Shown here: piece after piece, positions 34,101-45,989 of the stretch
How positions within the stretch are numbered: position 1 is the stretch's first letter
How the letters are laid out: each line of letters opens with the position of its first letter
Assembly: GCA_008632985.1 (NCBI GenBank)
Contig: QPGO01000079.1
Location: 62,001 to 126,000, forward strand
Source: Psammoneis japonica
Lineage: Eukaryota
Reading direction: 5' to 3'
DNA: 64,000 nt
Position numbers and translations under genes: made by a program
The notes under the pieces: model-generated
Databases searched by the model: none
What the model was told of the DNA's origin: nothing
Seen by the model: the letters and a program-made list of their open reading frames with translations, nothing else

Positions 34101-36613
34101 ACCGAGAGTTTGTGAATGCGTATCTATCATCAATGAACGGGTGGGAAACCGAGTCTCTGGACGCATCTAGAGACTACGCCGTTGAAATGATCGTGTCGCA
34201 CATGTTAAGAGCCGAAATGTTCGACGAGGCAGCCAAGATATTGCAAGACAGGGCATTTGTAAAAGCTCGAGTAGATACCATGGGCCGCGACCAAGCTACT
34301 CGACAGCATATCCTCGATTGCGAAGCCCTGTATGACTTGTTGAAGGAACGACCAGAACGTGTCAAACGAAAGAAGCATGCACGTAGTACAATGGAGCGTT
34401 CCTACAAAGCTTTGGGTAACATGCTGTCGGTGGGCGACACTGCATGCGAAGCTGAAGAGGAACAAGCATTGTATGTGGAAACGGGTCGGGCGCAGTACGC
34501 GATTGGACTCTCTCTTGCGGATAGAAGGTGCTGGAATGCGGCCGTTTTCCACTGGGAAACAAGTCAGGATCTCCTTGTGGCTTCTTTGGGTTTTGTTGAA
34601 TTTGTTGCGGCTTTGATGTTGAACATTGGACTGGCTTATGCGGAAGTCAACAAGTATGAAAAAGCGCTTTCTTCTCTGAAACGCTGTCTTCGTATAAGAG
34701 GCGCTATCCATGGGGAGAAGCATATCCTCTACGCGCAAACAATTCAGAAGATCGGAGACGTGTTTCTAGTCATGAGTGACTACAACGAAGCCATGGACAG
34801 CTACAACTGGACGTTGGACGTGATGCACATTGAGCCTGATTATCAACGGGTAGAAATCGGTGACGTGCTTGAGAATATGGGGAACATCAAGTACAGCAAA
34901 GGTGAGGTGTCTGAGGCGCTGCAGTCTTACGAAGATGCTCTTCGCTCCAAGAAAATACAACTTGGTAGCGATAACCATGAACTTGCGCAGACGTACCAAC
35001 ACATTGGAAATTGCCTCTCCGATCTGGGAGAAATCGAGGAAGCAGTTTCCCACTTCGAAGAAGCAATACGGCTACGGAAACTTGACTCATCGGGCGGATT
35101 CGAACGAGATGCTGATATTCTTTCGATTGAGGGTGTCTTGAACAATCTTCACGGCAAACAGGAACAAGGTTTGTTTTACTACGAGAAGTGCCTCGAACTG
35201 TTAGTCACAAAGGTGTCGCATAAAACGGAGAAGATCGCCGCGCTTTTACATTTGATTGGATGTGTCTACCTCATGGATGGCGAGCATAAGAAAGCGATGA
35301 GCTACTTCGAAGAAAGTCTTTTGGCAAGACAGAAGATCCATGGCTTTGTACACTTGGACGTGGCATCTACTTTGTTCAACATGGCATTTCTCCACCAGAT
35401 GCGGAATCGTCTGGGAAAAGCATTGAAATGCTTGGAGGAAGCGCTAAAGATTCGACAGTTGCGCTTACCTGAAAGCGAGAAGGTTGCACTCACTCACGAA
35501 AAGATTGGAACGCTCTCCAAGGCGGTGGGGCACATTGAGAAAGCTGAGAGCTCCTTTACGGAGGCACTTCGGATACGTAAGCTGGTGCACGGAGAAGAGC
35601 ATGAGGCCGTCGCGGCGGTTTTGCACGAAATGGGGGACTTGGCCGATGATATGGGCGATTCTACAACCGCGATGGACTATTACAACCAGGCCTTGAACAT
35701 TCGTAGAAAGAAATTGGGCCCTGACCATGAGGATGTTGCAACAACTCTCTATAGCATGGGCTTCACGCTCCATAATCAAGATGAGTCAGAACGCGCCCTT
35801 CAGTGTTTCGAAGAAGCATTGAGCATCCGAAAATTGTGGCTGGGCGAAGATGCAAAGGAAGTTGGCGACACTCTCAACATGATGGGATTTTTAAAGGCAA
35901 AGCGTGGGGAGATGGACGAGGCGCTGGCGTTGCTTTGGGAAGCTCTGAGAATCCGCAAGTACCACGAAGACCTGATCAAGGTGTGCGAGACGTTGAAAAA
36001 TATTGGAAATGTTCATCGTGAACGACGGGAACACAGCATGGCTGCCGAGTGTTATGAGGAGTGCCTTCGCATTCGACGCGCAGAACTAGGAAATGGCCAC
36101 GAGAAGGTTGCGGATGCGCTGGTGGCGATTGGCAATGTTCGTTGTGACATGGACCAACCCGAACAGGCAATGGAGGCCTATAAGGAAGCGCTCACGATTC
36201 GAACCATGGTTCATGGTCGAAACGACGAAAAGGTGGCTGTTATTCTGCAATACATGGGGACCATGGAATTTCAATCTGGTGAGCTCGATAGTGCTCTTCG
36301 GTATCTTGATGAATTCATACGTATCCGTCGCGAGAATCAAATGGAATATGACGGTGAATTCGTGAACGTACTATTTTTGATGGGAAACATTCACAAGATT
36401 GAAGGTCGCGAGCGAGAAGCCAAGCAGTGTTGGTCCGAGGCATATCAAGTATTCCAAGACTTGGGCCTTGCCGAGAAGAATCCTCCCGGCTTAGAAAAGG
36501 TCGTTGCCAGCCTCCTCCAAGGGGACGCACTGTACGGTGATGTTCTTGCTGTCTCTGAGAGCAAGAAACGGGGTGTGCTGAATCGTATTCTTGAAAACTT
36601 GCGAGAAGAATAG
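31199..36613 (+). CDS. STAND (NB-ARC-like) NTPase with long C-terminal TPR array, single exon, about 1800 aa
   Basis: Acidic N-terminus, Walker A GMAGVGKTT (about 32888), Walker B KVLIILDQV, HPLTV (GxP-like), and many kinesin-light-chain-type 42-aa TPRs (e.g. YYNQALNIRRKKLGPDHEDVATTLYSMG). First in-frame ATG at 31199. Confidence 0.93.
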   Translation: MDEESDYVKRGPHDSFTSDYTEGSYDEGTYEESTADADADEQHRQLHPGRYPPAHSKASDGKSSRVSQEHDTGTYEESIADGDTHSYDLPGYTQAFKTYEEGEESSDYSNEDGGTYEDDETSATDTDLYKTSRANVKKSELAYRNPVSPDADYNRTAENEDSSEEELMDESEGSSDESSYEEETDEESEDYDEERSTRSPTSTLEGEDDRRRNAKFRPHYERVEALHELEMNLQEVLEELRYRTEPDVDISDLVSRDENSSASRSMKGNNLLPSKIIKGFENLLRVLLQVSNELELCSIFQSSKLDKVVSQDALTSVLSYAPTLEQVFNELKPILQEYLHDQDPSQGEEEALRRAYLVLKLQGDVIYHVCCQRQEYSARSEACFVTLVELLDRTATELVCFYEGNPMPDYKLPNKLCRAWTAAGHEEKLEPAFYRPKDMVAFRQVCFEVLVSTDDMCPNKKTLGRVCNVASAAPQKTPKDTDENLAPIPNMAFEVLERIQGEPLPRTKTMANVMRRILPAEAITDPDISSEFYDRQSCQGSPASRSLVAISSVPEVWNDSTSLGMAGVGKTTMAAMVASHADTRRHYSDGVAWVYVGTEEMNYNHYSQCLRDLCSQLVFCHSMPLLPELVRIPGETKSTRTRREEGFMIYARETVATLLEGRKVLIILDQVEFKSDVNWFRFRKSRYGDNPSLGTIVITPCRNMLPAADTVEVDLLDEAEAIRLLVTESGQSPDHAMTTSTEVHYVVGVCAHHPLTVSCVGRWLSLKQATLGVVSSIEEIHEEVAQAIDQILTSGAQCGDTMYEILSMAFSPAVNGKPTLVIKFCFAAFVTVFCNAEHHSQFSPGGVQPIIPMGLAELLFESLLEIEEEKLFQEGSLFYSQRREATMLIPEALSALGVMKVISSSPDEEDDIDTKEDDIDTNMDSQFTPNQTLFLQVMHKSLLEYGEYLACEDAELTELTRDAERRWNREFVNAYLSSMNGWETESLDASRDYAVEMIVSHMLRAEMFDEAAKILQDRAFVKARVDTMGRDQATRQHILDCEALYDLLKERPERVKRKKHARSTMERSYKALGNMLSVGDTACEAEEEQALYVETGRAQYAIGLSLADRRCWNAAVFHWETSQDLLVASLGFVEFVAALMLNIGLAYAEVNKYEKALSSLKRCLRIRGAIHGEKHILYAQTIQKIGDVFLVMSDYNEAMDSYNWTLDVMHIEPDYQRVEIGDVLENMGNIKYSKGEVSEALQSYEDALRSKKIQLGSDNHELAQTYQHIGNCLSDLGEIEEAVSHFEEAIRLRKLDSSGGFERDADILSIEGVLNNLHGKQEQGLFYYEKCLELLVTKVSHKTEKIAALLHLIGCVYLMDGEHKKAMSYFEESLLARQKIHGFVHLDVASTLFNMAFLHQMRNRLGKALKCLEEALKIRQLRLPESEKVALTHEKIGTLSKAVGHIEKAESSFTEALRIRKLVHGEEHEAVAAVLHEMGDLADDMGDSTTAMDYYNQALNIRRKKLGPDHEDVATTLYSMGFTLHNQDESERALQCFEEALSIRKLWLGEDAKEVGDTLNMMGFLKAKRGEMDEALALLWEALRIRKYHEDLIKVCETLKNIGNVHRERREHSMAAECYEECLRIRRAELGNGHEKVADALVAIGNVRCDMDQPEQAMEAYKEALTIRTMVHGRNDEKVAVILQYMGTMEFQSGELDSALRYLDEFIRIRRENQMEYDGEFVNVLFLMGNIHKIEGREREAKQCWSEAYQVFQDLGLAEKNPPGLEKVVASLLQGDALYGDVLAVSESKKRGVLNRILENLREE

Positions 36614-36749
36614 ATCGGAACAACACAGTTAAACATGCTTTCGCGGTTTTAGGATGCTTTCGTAGACTACTGGATGTCGTTGACTGTTAGCGTCGATTGT
36701 AGATCGATCCAGCATTACCTGAATTAGCCTCAGATACGTTCATGCAACA

Positions 36750-36960
36750 GCGGTAAGGGGCCTACTCTACAGCTACCGTAATCTCTCTCTATTAAAGACC
36801 TTACATGTAGTTCGCTACTTAGAGAGTAGAGCTAGCAGCTATTTATAGTGTATGTACGACTAGAGCTCTACTCTCTCTATATATAAAGTAGCTATCTCTC
36901 TCTAGCAAGAGGTAGGTACTCTAGCTAGCTAGAGAGTAGGCCTACTGTAGTAGAGAGATT
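36750..36960. repeat. TA-rich patch of short palindromes
   Basis: TACCGTA at about 36774, TACATGTA at 36802, TAGCTAGCTA at 36922 and TAGGCCTACTGTA at 36937. Confidence 0.7.
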
Positions 36961-37322
36961 CGATGTTGTGCGTCGGCGGCGTGAGCGAGATGTCATTTCA
37001 TGATTCTCGATTTCGGATTGCTTTTTTTTTTACGGCCCAAAATTTCTGGGCAGATAGCACTTCATCAGAATAATCAAATCTCACGGATCAAAAGATATTT
37101 TTGACTCCTTAGAGCTAGTGGATGGCACCTAAAATGACGATATTGTTAGTGCTCTCCAGTTGTATGCCGTGAAAACATACGTCGAACCCGAAAGCATTCC
37201 CTTGACACCCGGCTCAATGACCCCAGGGCGACACAATGCTCTTTTCCCTCTATCAAAGGTCAAAAGAATAGAGCAGTAGACCATCAAAATGACACCAAAG
37301 CAGAAAGGCAATCGCCGCACAC

Positions 37323-38358
37323 TCATGCTTTTAAGTCGTTTATCGCTTGCAAAGAACAGCAGCGGTAGGAAACAAAGGCAATTACCAGACACACAAGCCC
37401 CGAGCAGACTGCAATGGTGCCAAGTGCTCGCAAAAAGAAGGCAGCCACTGTTGGCGGGGATGCGGAAATGGCTTTGGTATAGAATGTCAGGACCTTGCGT
37501 GCTGAGTTCGAACAGAGTGAGTACCACTTGCGTTTACAAACATTATAAGTGGGCGTCGCGTTGTGCACATACCTGAACCCCGGCAATCGCGGCAATGTTG
37601 TCGGCGTAAAAGAGAGGTTGGCCGATTGGTAGACGTCGTCGCCGAAATACCACGCTCCCGCCACACCCGGGAGGGAATAAGATACCGCACCACGCAAAGG
37701 TGTATCCAGAATTTGACGCCGACTTTGGGCTCGTCGGAAGGCCTTCCTCCCATCCTTCTTTCTTGTTCTCCAGCCAGACATGGCTTTGCTTGACGAGAAG
37801 GAGCAGCCACGATTCCACGGGCAGCGCAGGCTTACGATTGACCACTCCAACCGCTTTCACCGATTCATGATCGTCCCACTCGGGAAGCTCTTGGATCTCC
37901 GTGTAGGATCCTCGATGTGCCTGGCGCCACGACACGAATTCAGGGTGGCTTTCACACCACATTTGGATGTCCTGCGCAAGTTCCAAATTGTTGGACTGTT
38001 TGGCCGCCGCGTGTGCTCGACAGAACGCTTGCTGGCATTTGTTGCGGCCATAACGGTACTGAGAACACTCCGAAAACAACTCTGCAAGTTCTTCGTCCGA
38101 GTAATCATTTGTGATGATTTTCTTTACAATCTGAATGGCGTCGGAGACGACTTCTTCCCGTATTTTCGGAGCGATCCGTCCAACGGGTTGACATCTATCC
38201 TGTCATTAGATAGAGCAAGAAAGCAGTGTGGGTGAGTTATTGTCCAGTCCGAGCGAGACGTCCCAGAGCAGAGTCCGAGTGAGACAGACGTCCCAAAGCA
38301 GAGGAGTCCAAGCGAGACGTCCCAGTCTGGTCGGGTGCTCGTACTTACCGTCGTCCAT
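37323..38358 (-). CDS. Hypothetical protein, probably spliced; structure uncertain
   Basis: Protein-like open frames at 37543-38200 and 37323-37850 (with a hydrophobic C-terminal segment). GTAAGT donor near 38348. No recognised domain. Confidence 0.35.
38247..38325. repeat. Three imperfect 26-33 bp tandem units
   Basis: GTCCGAGCGAGACGTCCCAGAGCAGA and two variants. Confidence 0.7.
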
Positions 38359-39079
38359 GGTGGTGTGTTTGCTTGGTTGTCTTACTGCCTCCAGAGGGCT
38401 GGTTGCTTGGTGAACAATGGGATGACAAACAAACAACAACAACTCTTTCGTTATGATTGTTTGTGGCTTGTCCGTTTGCTACTTTCAATGCGCCGTGTAC
38501 CGGTATACGGTAGAGTGAGTGTACCGGTACACCTGTCGTACCGATACGGTAGATTGCTTTCCGACCGTTCCCATCTACCGGAGGTATGTAAATAGTGGCG
38601 AAGTTATTTTTGCTGTTGAAAAATCTCGACACAAAAAATACTTATCGAAAATCGGCTTTCGTCAGTCACTAAAACACACCCAGTTGCAGCGACTGACGAA
38701 AGCCTTTTTTCGATATCTTCAGTTGTAAGAGCTGTAGAGCAAGAGCAAAGTCTAGAAACAAGGTGTCCCATAAGTAATTTATATAGTATACAATTCTGTA
38801 TGAGATTTCGGAACTCCGGGTTAAATGTCAAATTTATGATACGACTAATGTTTGTATATAAATATAAAAATCAATTAGAAAAAGCGAATATAACCGTTAT
38901 TTTTTCTTAAATAAATAATGCCAAATTTTCACCGACAAACATTCGCTTTCCGCACACTCCGACCGATACAACATGCGTTTGACCTTGTTCAGCTCGATCC
39001 TGAAAAAAAGTTCGCTGCTGTTCACATGCCTCCGGCACTAACCACATGATGTACGGTAGAACTTTCAAATTAATTTCGC

Positions 39080-41700
39080 GCATGAGCTCGCACTGCAGTG
39101 TTGACACTGCCTCTCGAACAAAGAAGCTGCCAACCACAGAGCAGAGCTGGGGTGACCTTGGTGCAATTTGTCCAGGTTCCACATTGACCAAAATTAAAGC
39201 TCCAGCACTGCCCTCTCTCAAGGTGGCCTTGGTGGTCTTGACAGCTCCCAGACCAGCTCCAGCACTTTGAGAAGTGGCTTGTGTCGCACAGAGAAAGGAG
39301 GGAAGGGAGGGGCAGCTTTGGTGCAAGTGGAGAGAGGGCTGCACTCTGCCTCCATGGTGGAGAGAGCAATCTTGAGTGCAAGTTTGACAGACTGAATGAC
39401 AGGACAGTTTGAGTTTCAGGCCACAAGCCCTGGCTGACTCTTGGCGCAAGCCTGGTCTTTCTTGTTGCCTTCATGTGGGGGCACAGACCAGCAAACTCTG
39501 AGCGGCGCTGACAAAAACACTGGCGCTGAAGACCCCAGATGGCTCGGGGGTTGAACCTTCCTCAAGTGAGCCCCTGGGGAGTTTGCTGATCCTCGTGAGG
39601 GCCAGCTCATGTGAGCAGCTCAGGACAAAAACAAACCTGGCTGCTGGGCCAGCAGCTGCACAGGTGACATTGGGCCTGGGGCAGCCTTGGAGGCACCGCT
39701 GGAGCATGCCAGTCACACTGGCACAACTGGGGGCTCCATTCCATGGGTCTTCATCAGCGTCCTTGACCAACTCAGACCAACAAAAATGCTGGTGCACAGG
39801 TGGTTGGGCCTTTGGCAGATTGCCTGCACTGAGAGTGTGAATGGTGCACTTGGCCACCAGGCCACACTGGGTCAGCTTGGTTCAGCCATTGTTGGTGTCA
39901 CAATTGACATGGATGCCCAAAAAAAATGCAGCAAAATCTAAATTTTTGAAGGACAGACCACCGCTGATTTTGAGCTGTTTGACCACCTTGTTGATGCACT
40001 CTGACCTTGTCAGACACAAAGAGGCATGAGCCCATGTCATTTAGAGGATGGAGCCCAGCTTCTTCAAGCTTTGATTTCAGCTGCAGGAAAAAAAATGCAG
40101 CCCTTGTTTGAGATTGCAAATGGTCTTCTTGAGTGCTTTGCCAGGCTTGGAGCATCCTTGCACACGCGCGCCAGTGCATTCCCACTCTTTGGGCATCATG
40201 TCGCCCCACTTGGGATTTGTGCTGATGGGAGCATGTGCAAAAGCAGTGACATGATTGACTTGCTTGGCAGAGAGCTTTTTAAAATTTGAGACAGCATGAT
40301 TGCAAGCTGTGCTGCTGTCTGATTTGCAACCAGAGCTGAGGCATCAGATGATCAATGACTTCCAGCTGCTTGTTTCCACAGACAAAAAATTTGGCCTCAC
40401 ATTTTTGGATGGATCAATCAGGGCATCTTTTGCATTTGAAGGCCCAAGTCGTGGGTGGGAGCACATTTGTCCAATCTTGGTGGCAAGGGAGTCAACTTTG
40501 ATGTCACAAGCCTGGCAGAGACAGGCTGTGCAATCAGGCCCACTTGTTCCTTCTTCCCAAGTTGGATTTCTTTGAGTGCATTGCCCACATTCTTGACCAG
40601 CATTTTTGTTGAAGATTTTGATCACAGCAGCATGCAAGTCTTTTGATCTGAGGGCATTTGTCATCCTTTCCCAATGCAGTGCCATCAAAAACTGCTTGTT
40701 CAGTGTTTCTGACCTGACAAAGCATTTGGAATTTTCATGTGCAGCCAGTGACTTGTTGGGTGCAGTGCAGATTTTGGCCTTCATGGACTCAATGACGATG
40801 CAATCTGGTTTCTTTGCAGTGTGGCCACTGCAAGTCCGAGTGGGAGCAGCAGGAGCATTTGGAGCTGGTGGCACAGGCTCTGCTTCATCAAAACCAACAT
40901 CCAGATCTTCATGTGAGTCATGATGATCAACAAGGGACAACTCATCATCACTGTCATTGCTGAGCTCATCAAGCTCTGCTCCCTCTGGGGAGTCTCGGAA
41001 GTTGCACTGAGCCATGGAGTGACAAATCCTGAGTTGGGTGTTGCTCTGCCTGTCCAATGTGACGGGTCAACAAACACTGTGAAGAACAGTGACAAACCAT
41101 GAGTCATCTACACACATTGTCTGCTGCTTCATTGCTCAAGGGATGCTGAAGAAAATGCCGCTGCGCGGTCTTCTCGACAGCTCTGCTGTCGCTTCGGACA
41201 TGCAACACCAGCAAAACGTGTTGAAATGTGTCCAGATCACGTTGAATGGTGGGAAGAAAGTGTCACTGCGGAAGTTGAAATAAATCGTTTGCAAGCTCAA
41301 AGTGGTCGAAATTGGCCTTTCCATTCCGCAAGCGATGACAAAAGGAGCGACCGTGACAGCAGCTCGCGCTGCCCAACTCCCCTGCGTTCAGCACATCCAC
41401 AATCGTTTGAACAGTGAAAAAGCCCGCCAGAAGCAAATGCACGAGAATGTGAGCAGGAACCGATGGCAAGAATTAAGAGCCACCGGTCCAAAACGTCCGT
41501 TCATTTCCCTTGCCGTGTTGGAGGGCGTGTGCCGAAGTGCGAACAACAAAGAAAATCAAACGCCGAAACCAGGGACTCACGCTGCGCGCAAGAGACCTCG
41601 ACTGCTTGAGCCACTGCCTCATCTTCACCAAAGGATGTAGAGTGGGATGAAGCACAAAGCTCCCAAACGGATGCGCTTTGGCACCAACAACTTGAAAAAC
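39080..41700. other. TpA-depleted domain C
   Basis: TA is nearly absent. CG is lost over the copia part but retained at 41150-41620. Confidence 0.9.
39100..41130 (-). mobile_element. Degenerate Ty1/copia pol fragment (integrase end, RT, RNase H), diatom CoDi-like
   Basis: NPTWEEGTSGPD, QVNHVTAFAHAPI, FFLQLKSKLEEAG..SCLFVSDKV, CASVTGMLQ..RPNVT..ARFV and KATLREGSAGALILVNVEPGQIAPRS match copia RT/RNase H motifs in the expected order. Confidence 0.85.
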
Positions 41701-42395
41701 ATGCCAACACAACAGACACCATGATCGACCGCAGGAGACGATCCATCCACCTTTCAAGCTGTAACAAAACGCAACAATGATCTTTAGTGAGTAAGAAAAC
41801 GATAGTATAAAATGAGAAAAACAGAAAGAACTTGCCGCCGCAGCGTTGTCGACCATTCAAGTGTTACGTGTCAAACGTCCCGCGCAGTTGAGTGTTGAGT
41901 CACGAGGAGTCGAGGCACGCAACAGTTTGTTTATCATGCCGTGTGTCGCAACCGAAGCCCCCCGGAAACCAAACCAATGTATCAACCTCTTTATAACACA
42001 ACGGTAGAAAAAGATCCCCCATGAAAGATACGTCGACCCAACGATGTTTGCCATGTTCTGAATGTCGAGACACATCATAAGTGCAACATGCCGTTTTGAA
42101 AGTTTGAGTGCAATCGACTTATTCGACTCACCCATAGCTGCGTTTTTTGCTGTCGGCATGGGCATCACGTCTTGCGTTTGTGACACAACGGAGTTCCAAT
42201 TGCAATCCTTCCAGCTGCTTAGAAAGGCTCATGAAGGGCTCTAGAGTTATCACTGGGTAGGTTTGGTTTGCAGAGACTCAAAGCATCAGTATCGGTTTCA
42301 GTTGCAGAAAACGATGAACGCAGAAAGTGACGATTTTTCAACTGGTGACGCCGCAGCACTTACTCTCAGTCGCTAAAACATATACAGTACATCCC

Positions 42396-42797
42396 ATGAG
42401 CCTTCTTTTGTTCGCGTATTGTGATCGATTGGAGAAGAACGATGAACGCATATCAAAACTGAACTTGGACAATACGTACATTGATGCTTCGAGCGTTGGG
42501 GGGTTGGCACGATCGCTCAAAGGCAACACTGCCCTTTGCGATTTGAACCTTCGTCGAAATACAACTGGTGGCGGAGGAGTACGTGTCTTAGCGAACGCCT
42601 TGCCTCATACACGGCTGGCTAGACTGGTCTTGTCTCGAAATGAAGTTACTGACGAGGATATCAGTCACTTAGCGCAAGTCCTTCAAACGCCGAATGTTAT
42701 GTTGCGGGTCCTGATCCTTTCATACAATCAAATCACATCGGTTGGTGCCATGTCCTTGTCACGATCTCTAAAGCATTTTTTAATGATTCATCAGTAG
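42396..42797 (+). pseudogene. Truncated RNI-like leucine-rich repeat protein
   Basis: LARSLKGNTALCDLNLRRN, LARLVLSRNEVTDEDI and LRVLILSYNQITSVGAMSL; ends abruptly after about 4 repeats. Confidence 0.7.
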
Positions 42798-43949
42798 CTT
42801 CAAAAAAAAACTACGGTGTCAACAAGAAGGGCTACTATCGTCACAATGGGGAACAACAACGTGGCCGTCTACGAAGACGCTGTGCTTCCTATTTTGCTTT
42901 CATCATAATGAGTCCATGCTACGCGTTGCAATAACGTAAGCGCTCGTTCCCGAATGCTACACGACAAAGGAGAGCATCGTCAGACCTTCTTTGTTTTTTC
43001 TTTGTCGTTTGTCGTAGCGGCCGTTTTGAAGCCCCTACCATACTGAATAACATCACCGCCACTTGCTGCGTGCTTCCATAAACGTGTCAAGATTCAAATG
43101 ATTGCCAAGTTCTGTTGGGATGGATGAATCCAGAAAAGCAGTTGGATGACAAGTTGAGAGTGTGCAACTTTGTCATCTTGCCCAGCTCCCGCCTGCGAGT
43201 CATCGTCCCTTGCACATTACACCAGCAGACGACAGCGCCAATTGGACATTTTCAAACGATTGCCAAATTCAGACGGAATCGTTGTAACCAAACCGTTCAT
43301 GTTTTCTCCATCGTCAAAAGCGCTCTGCACAGGGGATTCATGAATGTGAATGGGGAGGAGTGCGGTATGCCGAGTTCAAACAAGTTAATACTTTGGACCT
43401 CGCCGCTATTTTTCCATTGTAGGTTGCGTTCCCCGAGAGATTATAATATGACGAACCTATCGGTACGTAACGGTTCTACCGTATGCTGTACAAGTTATGA
43501 ACGTCCAAGAGTCTTTTCGTTCGCACTCGGGGTCTTGCTATCTCTCGGCTCTACAATATTTTCCTACGAAGAGCAACATTACATTGGTAACGACCGCTTG
43601 GAGGGTACGGTGCCTCTTCACATTTCTGAATTGACACTACTCCGTAAGTTTCACCACGTTTCAAAAGTCCCCTGGGGTCCAGACACACTTACTGTTGTGA
43701 TTTTGTAAGCGGTGGCTTTCTTGTATGCTTTCGTACTCACTCTCTCTATCAAAGATATTACTCGCTCATGAACGAACTGTAGTTAGCGTGTCACTGGTTG
43801 TTTTACTACGATGGTATGACTGTCTTGTTGAACTCGGCGTTCAGTTTTGTATCTACACCATGATGCGTATCCAATAATGTCTCGAGGCACCCAACGGTTG
43901 CTGGTCAAAGCAGTTACTAAACCTACACGGTTGTACCCTCCTAAACTCA

Positions 43950-44470
43950 AGACGATACGGATACTATGGTTGCAAAATCGTTCGAATTGTTCGTCGGAGT
44001 GCGTCACGAGAATGCTAGGAATACACGCACGAGAATGGTAGGAATACCAGAATGAATGAGGGCCCTTTCTACTAATAATGAAGTTTCCTTGTCGAGTGCG
44101 CCCATGGATTCATCCAAGAGCAGCACTATTGGTTTCAACGATAGTGCTGCAATTGCAAGTGAGGCACGTTGTGCTCCCCCTCCCGATAAAGTAGACCAAG
44201 GTGGATCCAAGGCGCTTGGATCTAAGCTCCACTGGAGGCAATGTTGGTCGAGACTAAGAGTGTTATCTCTCTCATTCTTCATTCGTCGGCTTCCGTAACT
44301 TTGTACTTGAGGTGAAATAGCGCCGTTCTGCGAGATTTGGTTGTAATTGTATCACGCGTCCCGCCATACCTCAAACACAGAAAGAGTTCTCAATAGCTGC
44401 GTCTTCTCCTGATCCACTTGGGCCCGATACGGTCGCAATGAAAAAGATTGAATGAATCAGTCCGATGGGC
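43950..44470 (-). pseudogene. Stand-alone ABC ATPase (STAR1/FetA-like) pseudogene
   Basis: VSGPSGSG (broken Walker A), signature LSGGGAQR, Walker B VLLLDE..ALD and H-loop VTHSDEQ, with frameshifts and stops. Confidence 0.8.
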
Positions 44471-45989
44471 GCGATGCCCAACCTAAACTTTGACGTCTCT
44501 TACCGCCAAAACCGGCATATCTTTGCTGTCTCTTTCATCCGGCGTAGTGCTCGTCCACATCGACTTCATGATGGGGGTATTTTCGAAGGAATGTTTGGAC
44601 ACAATCGCACCGTTGAAGCCATGGAGAGTTCGGTCGAGTTTGTTTAGGATCTACTGATAATCGAATACCAACCTTCGATGCTACAAGTCTCTATATGGAA
44701 GCAAACATTGCTGATTGTGATTTATGCGGTTTGTGCCATGATCTCTGGCTTGTTTGCTGCCCGTGTTTATCGAATGAACCGTTTCGCTACCAAACATTTC
44801 ACGCTTTACCAATTAATAAAGGACAGGAACCATTGCACAGACACTGCTCGTATTGCAAAAAAAATCATGTCTTTGGTATGCCGCAGCCAATGCCCGTAAC
44901 AGAGAGTAATGGTGGGTGTCAGCGCAGATATCAGAGTTCCGCACATGTGGTAACCCTGCCTCATGCGACGATGCACCACGAGCCAAGCGTAATTCAATAT
45001 GAAGCTAGACTCTCTAGCTAGCAGCTGATAAGGTGTTTCCAAATACCATTCTCGATATCGGGATAAAATAAGGATCGAGATTTCCCAATACATTCCACAG
45101 CAATGCCAAGTCCCGATACAGATTGTCCACCGGATAAGATTCATAAGTTGCAATGAATTCCACTACATGACCATGACAGGACTGGTTGTTCCAAACATTT
45201 TCGTGAGTGTCAACGACCCCAACAGCGATAGAGTTGTAGCGAACACCGACCGCATGCAATTATAATCTGAATGGACAGCCGCTTTCAGTCCCACAATTCT
45301 CATTCCTACACCACCCACCGATGAAGCCATACATGCAGCGATTCCGAGCTTTTTTAATTCAAGTTACTAATGACGGAGAAGCAGCAGACGATCCAGCAGT
45401 AGCAGAGGCTGGAGACTTCGCCAAAACGAACCACGAAAGAATCATAGCCATAACAAAGTGTATTTTTCTTCTCTTGCTTACTCGGTTCACTACAGGCATT
45501 GCTCTTGAAGACACTGAATCATTGTATTCCAACGCATCTCGTGTAAATGGTTTGATTGATGCAGTTGTTTTCTTCTGGACATTTTCTGTTTGACTTTGCC
45601 AATGTCGAGATGACAATCTTCTGTTCTGTTTGAAAATACAAACAAAGACATTATTATGACGAGGATTCCAAATGACGGGACTGTTGGTGCTGAGGCAGGC
45701 GATGTTGCTGGAGGGGGTTGTTGTTCAGGAAGCGATTGCGGTGGAGGTGCTGCAAACCAAGGCTGTTGTGGTGCTTGTGTATAGACCTGCTGCCGTGGAG
45801 GCGGATACTGCGGCTGTCTGCGTGCGTGCAGCGTGCAGTGCGCATTGGCAAACGTACTGTACGCGTCGATCAAATCCGCGCGACTGACTTCTGACGACAG
45901 CATGCGGACGACGCAAGCACGGACGCTGCCTGCGTTGGAGCGAGGGAGGGAAAAAAAATCTCATTGGCTGTCATGCAGTCCTCAAAGCA

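Noticed and set aside
31199..36613. NB-ARC-TPR or TatD as the enzyme behind the TA signature
   Set aside because: Neither has a deaminase or methyltransferase motif, TatD is a pseudogene, and proximity is not evidence in a eukaryotic genome.
38247..38325. CRISPR-like array
   Set aside because: Only three adjacent imperfect units with no unique spacers and no cas genes, in a eukaryotic context.
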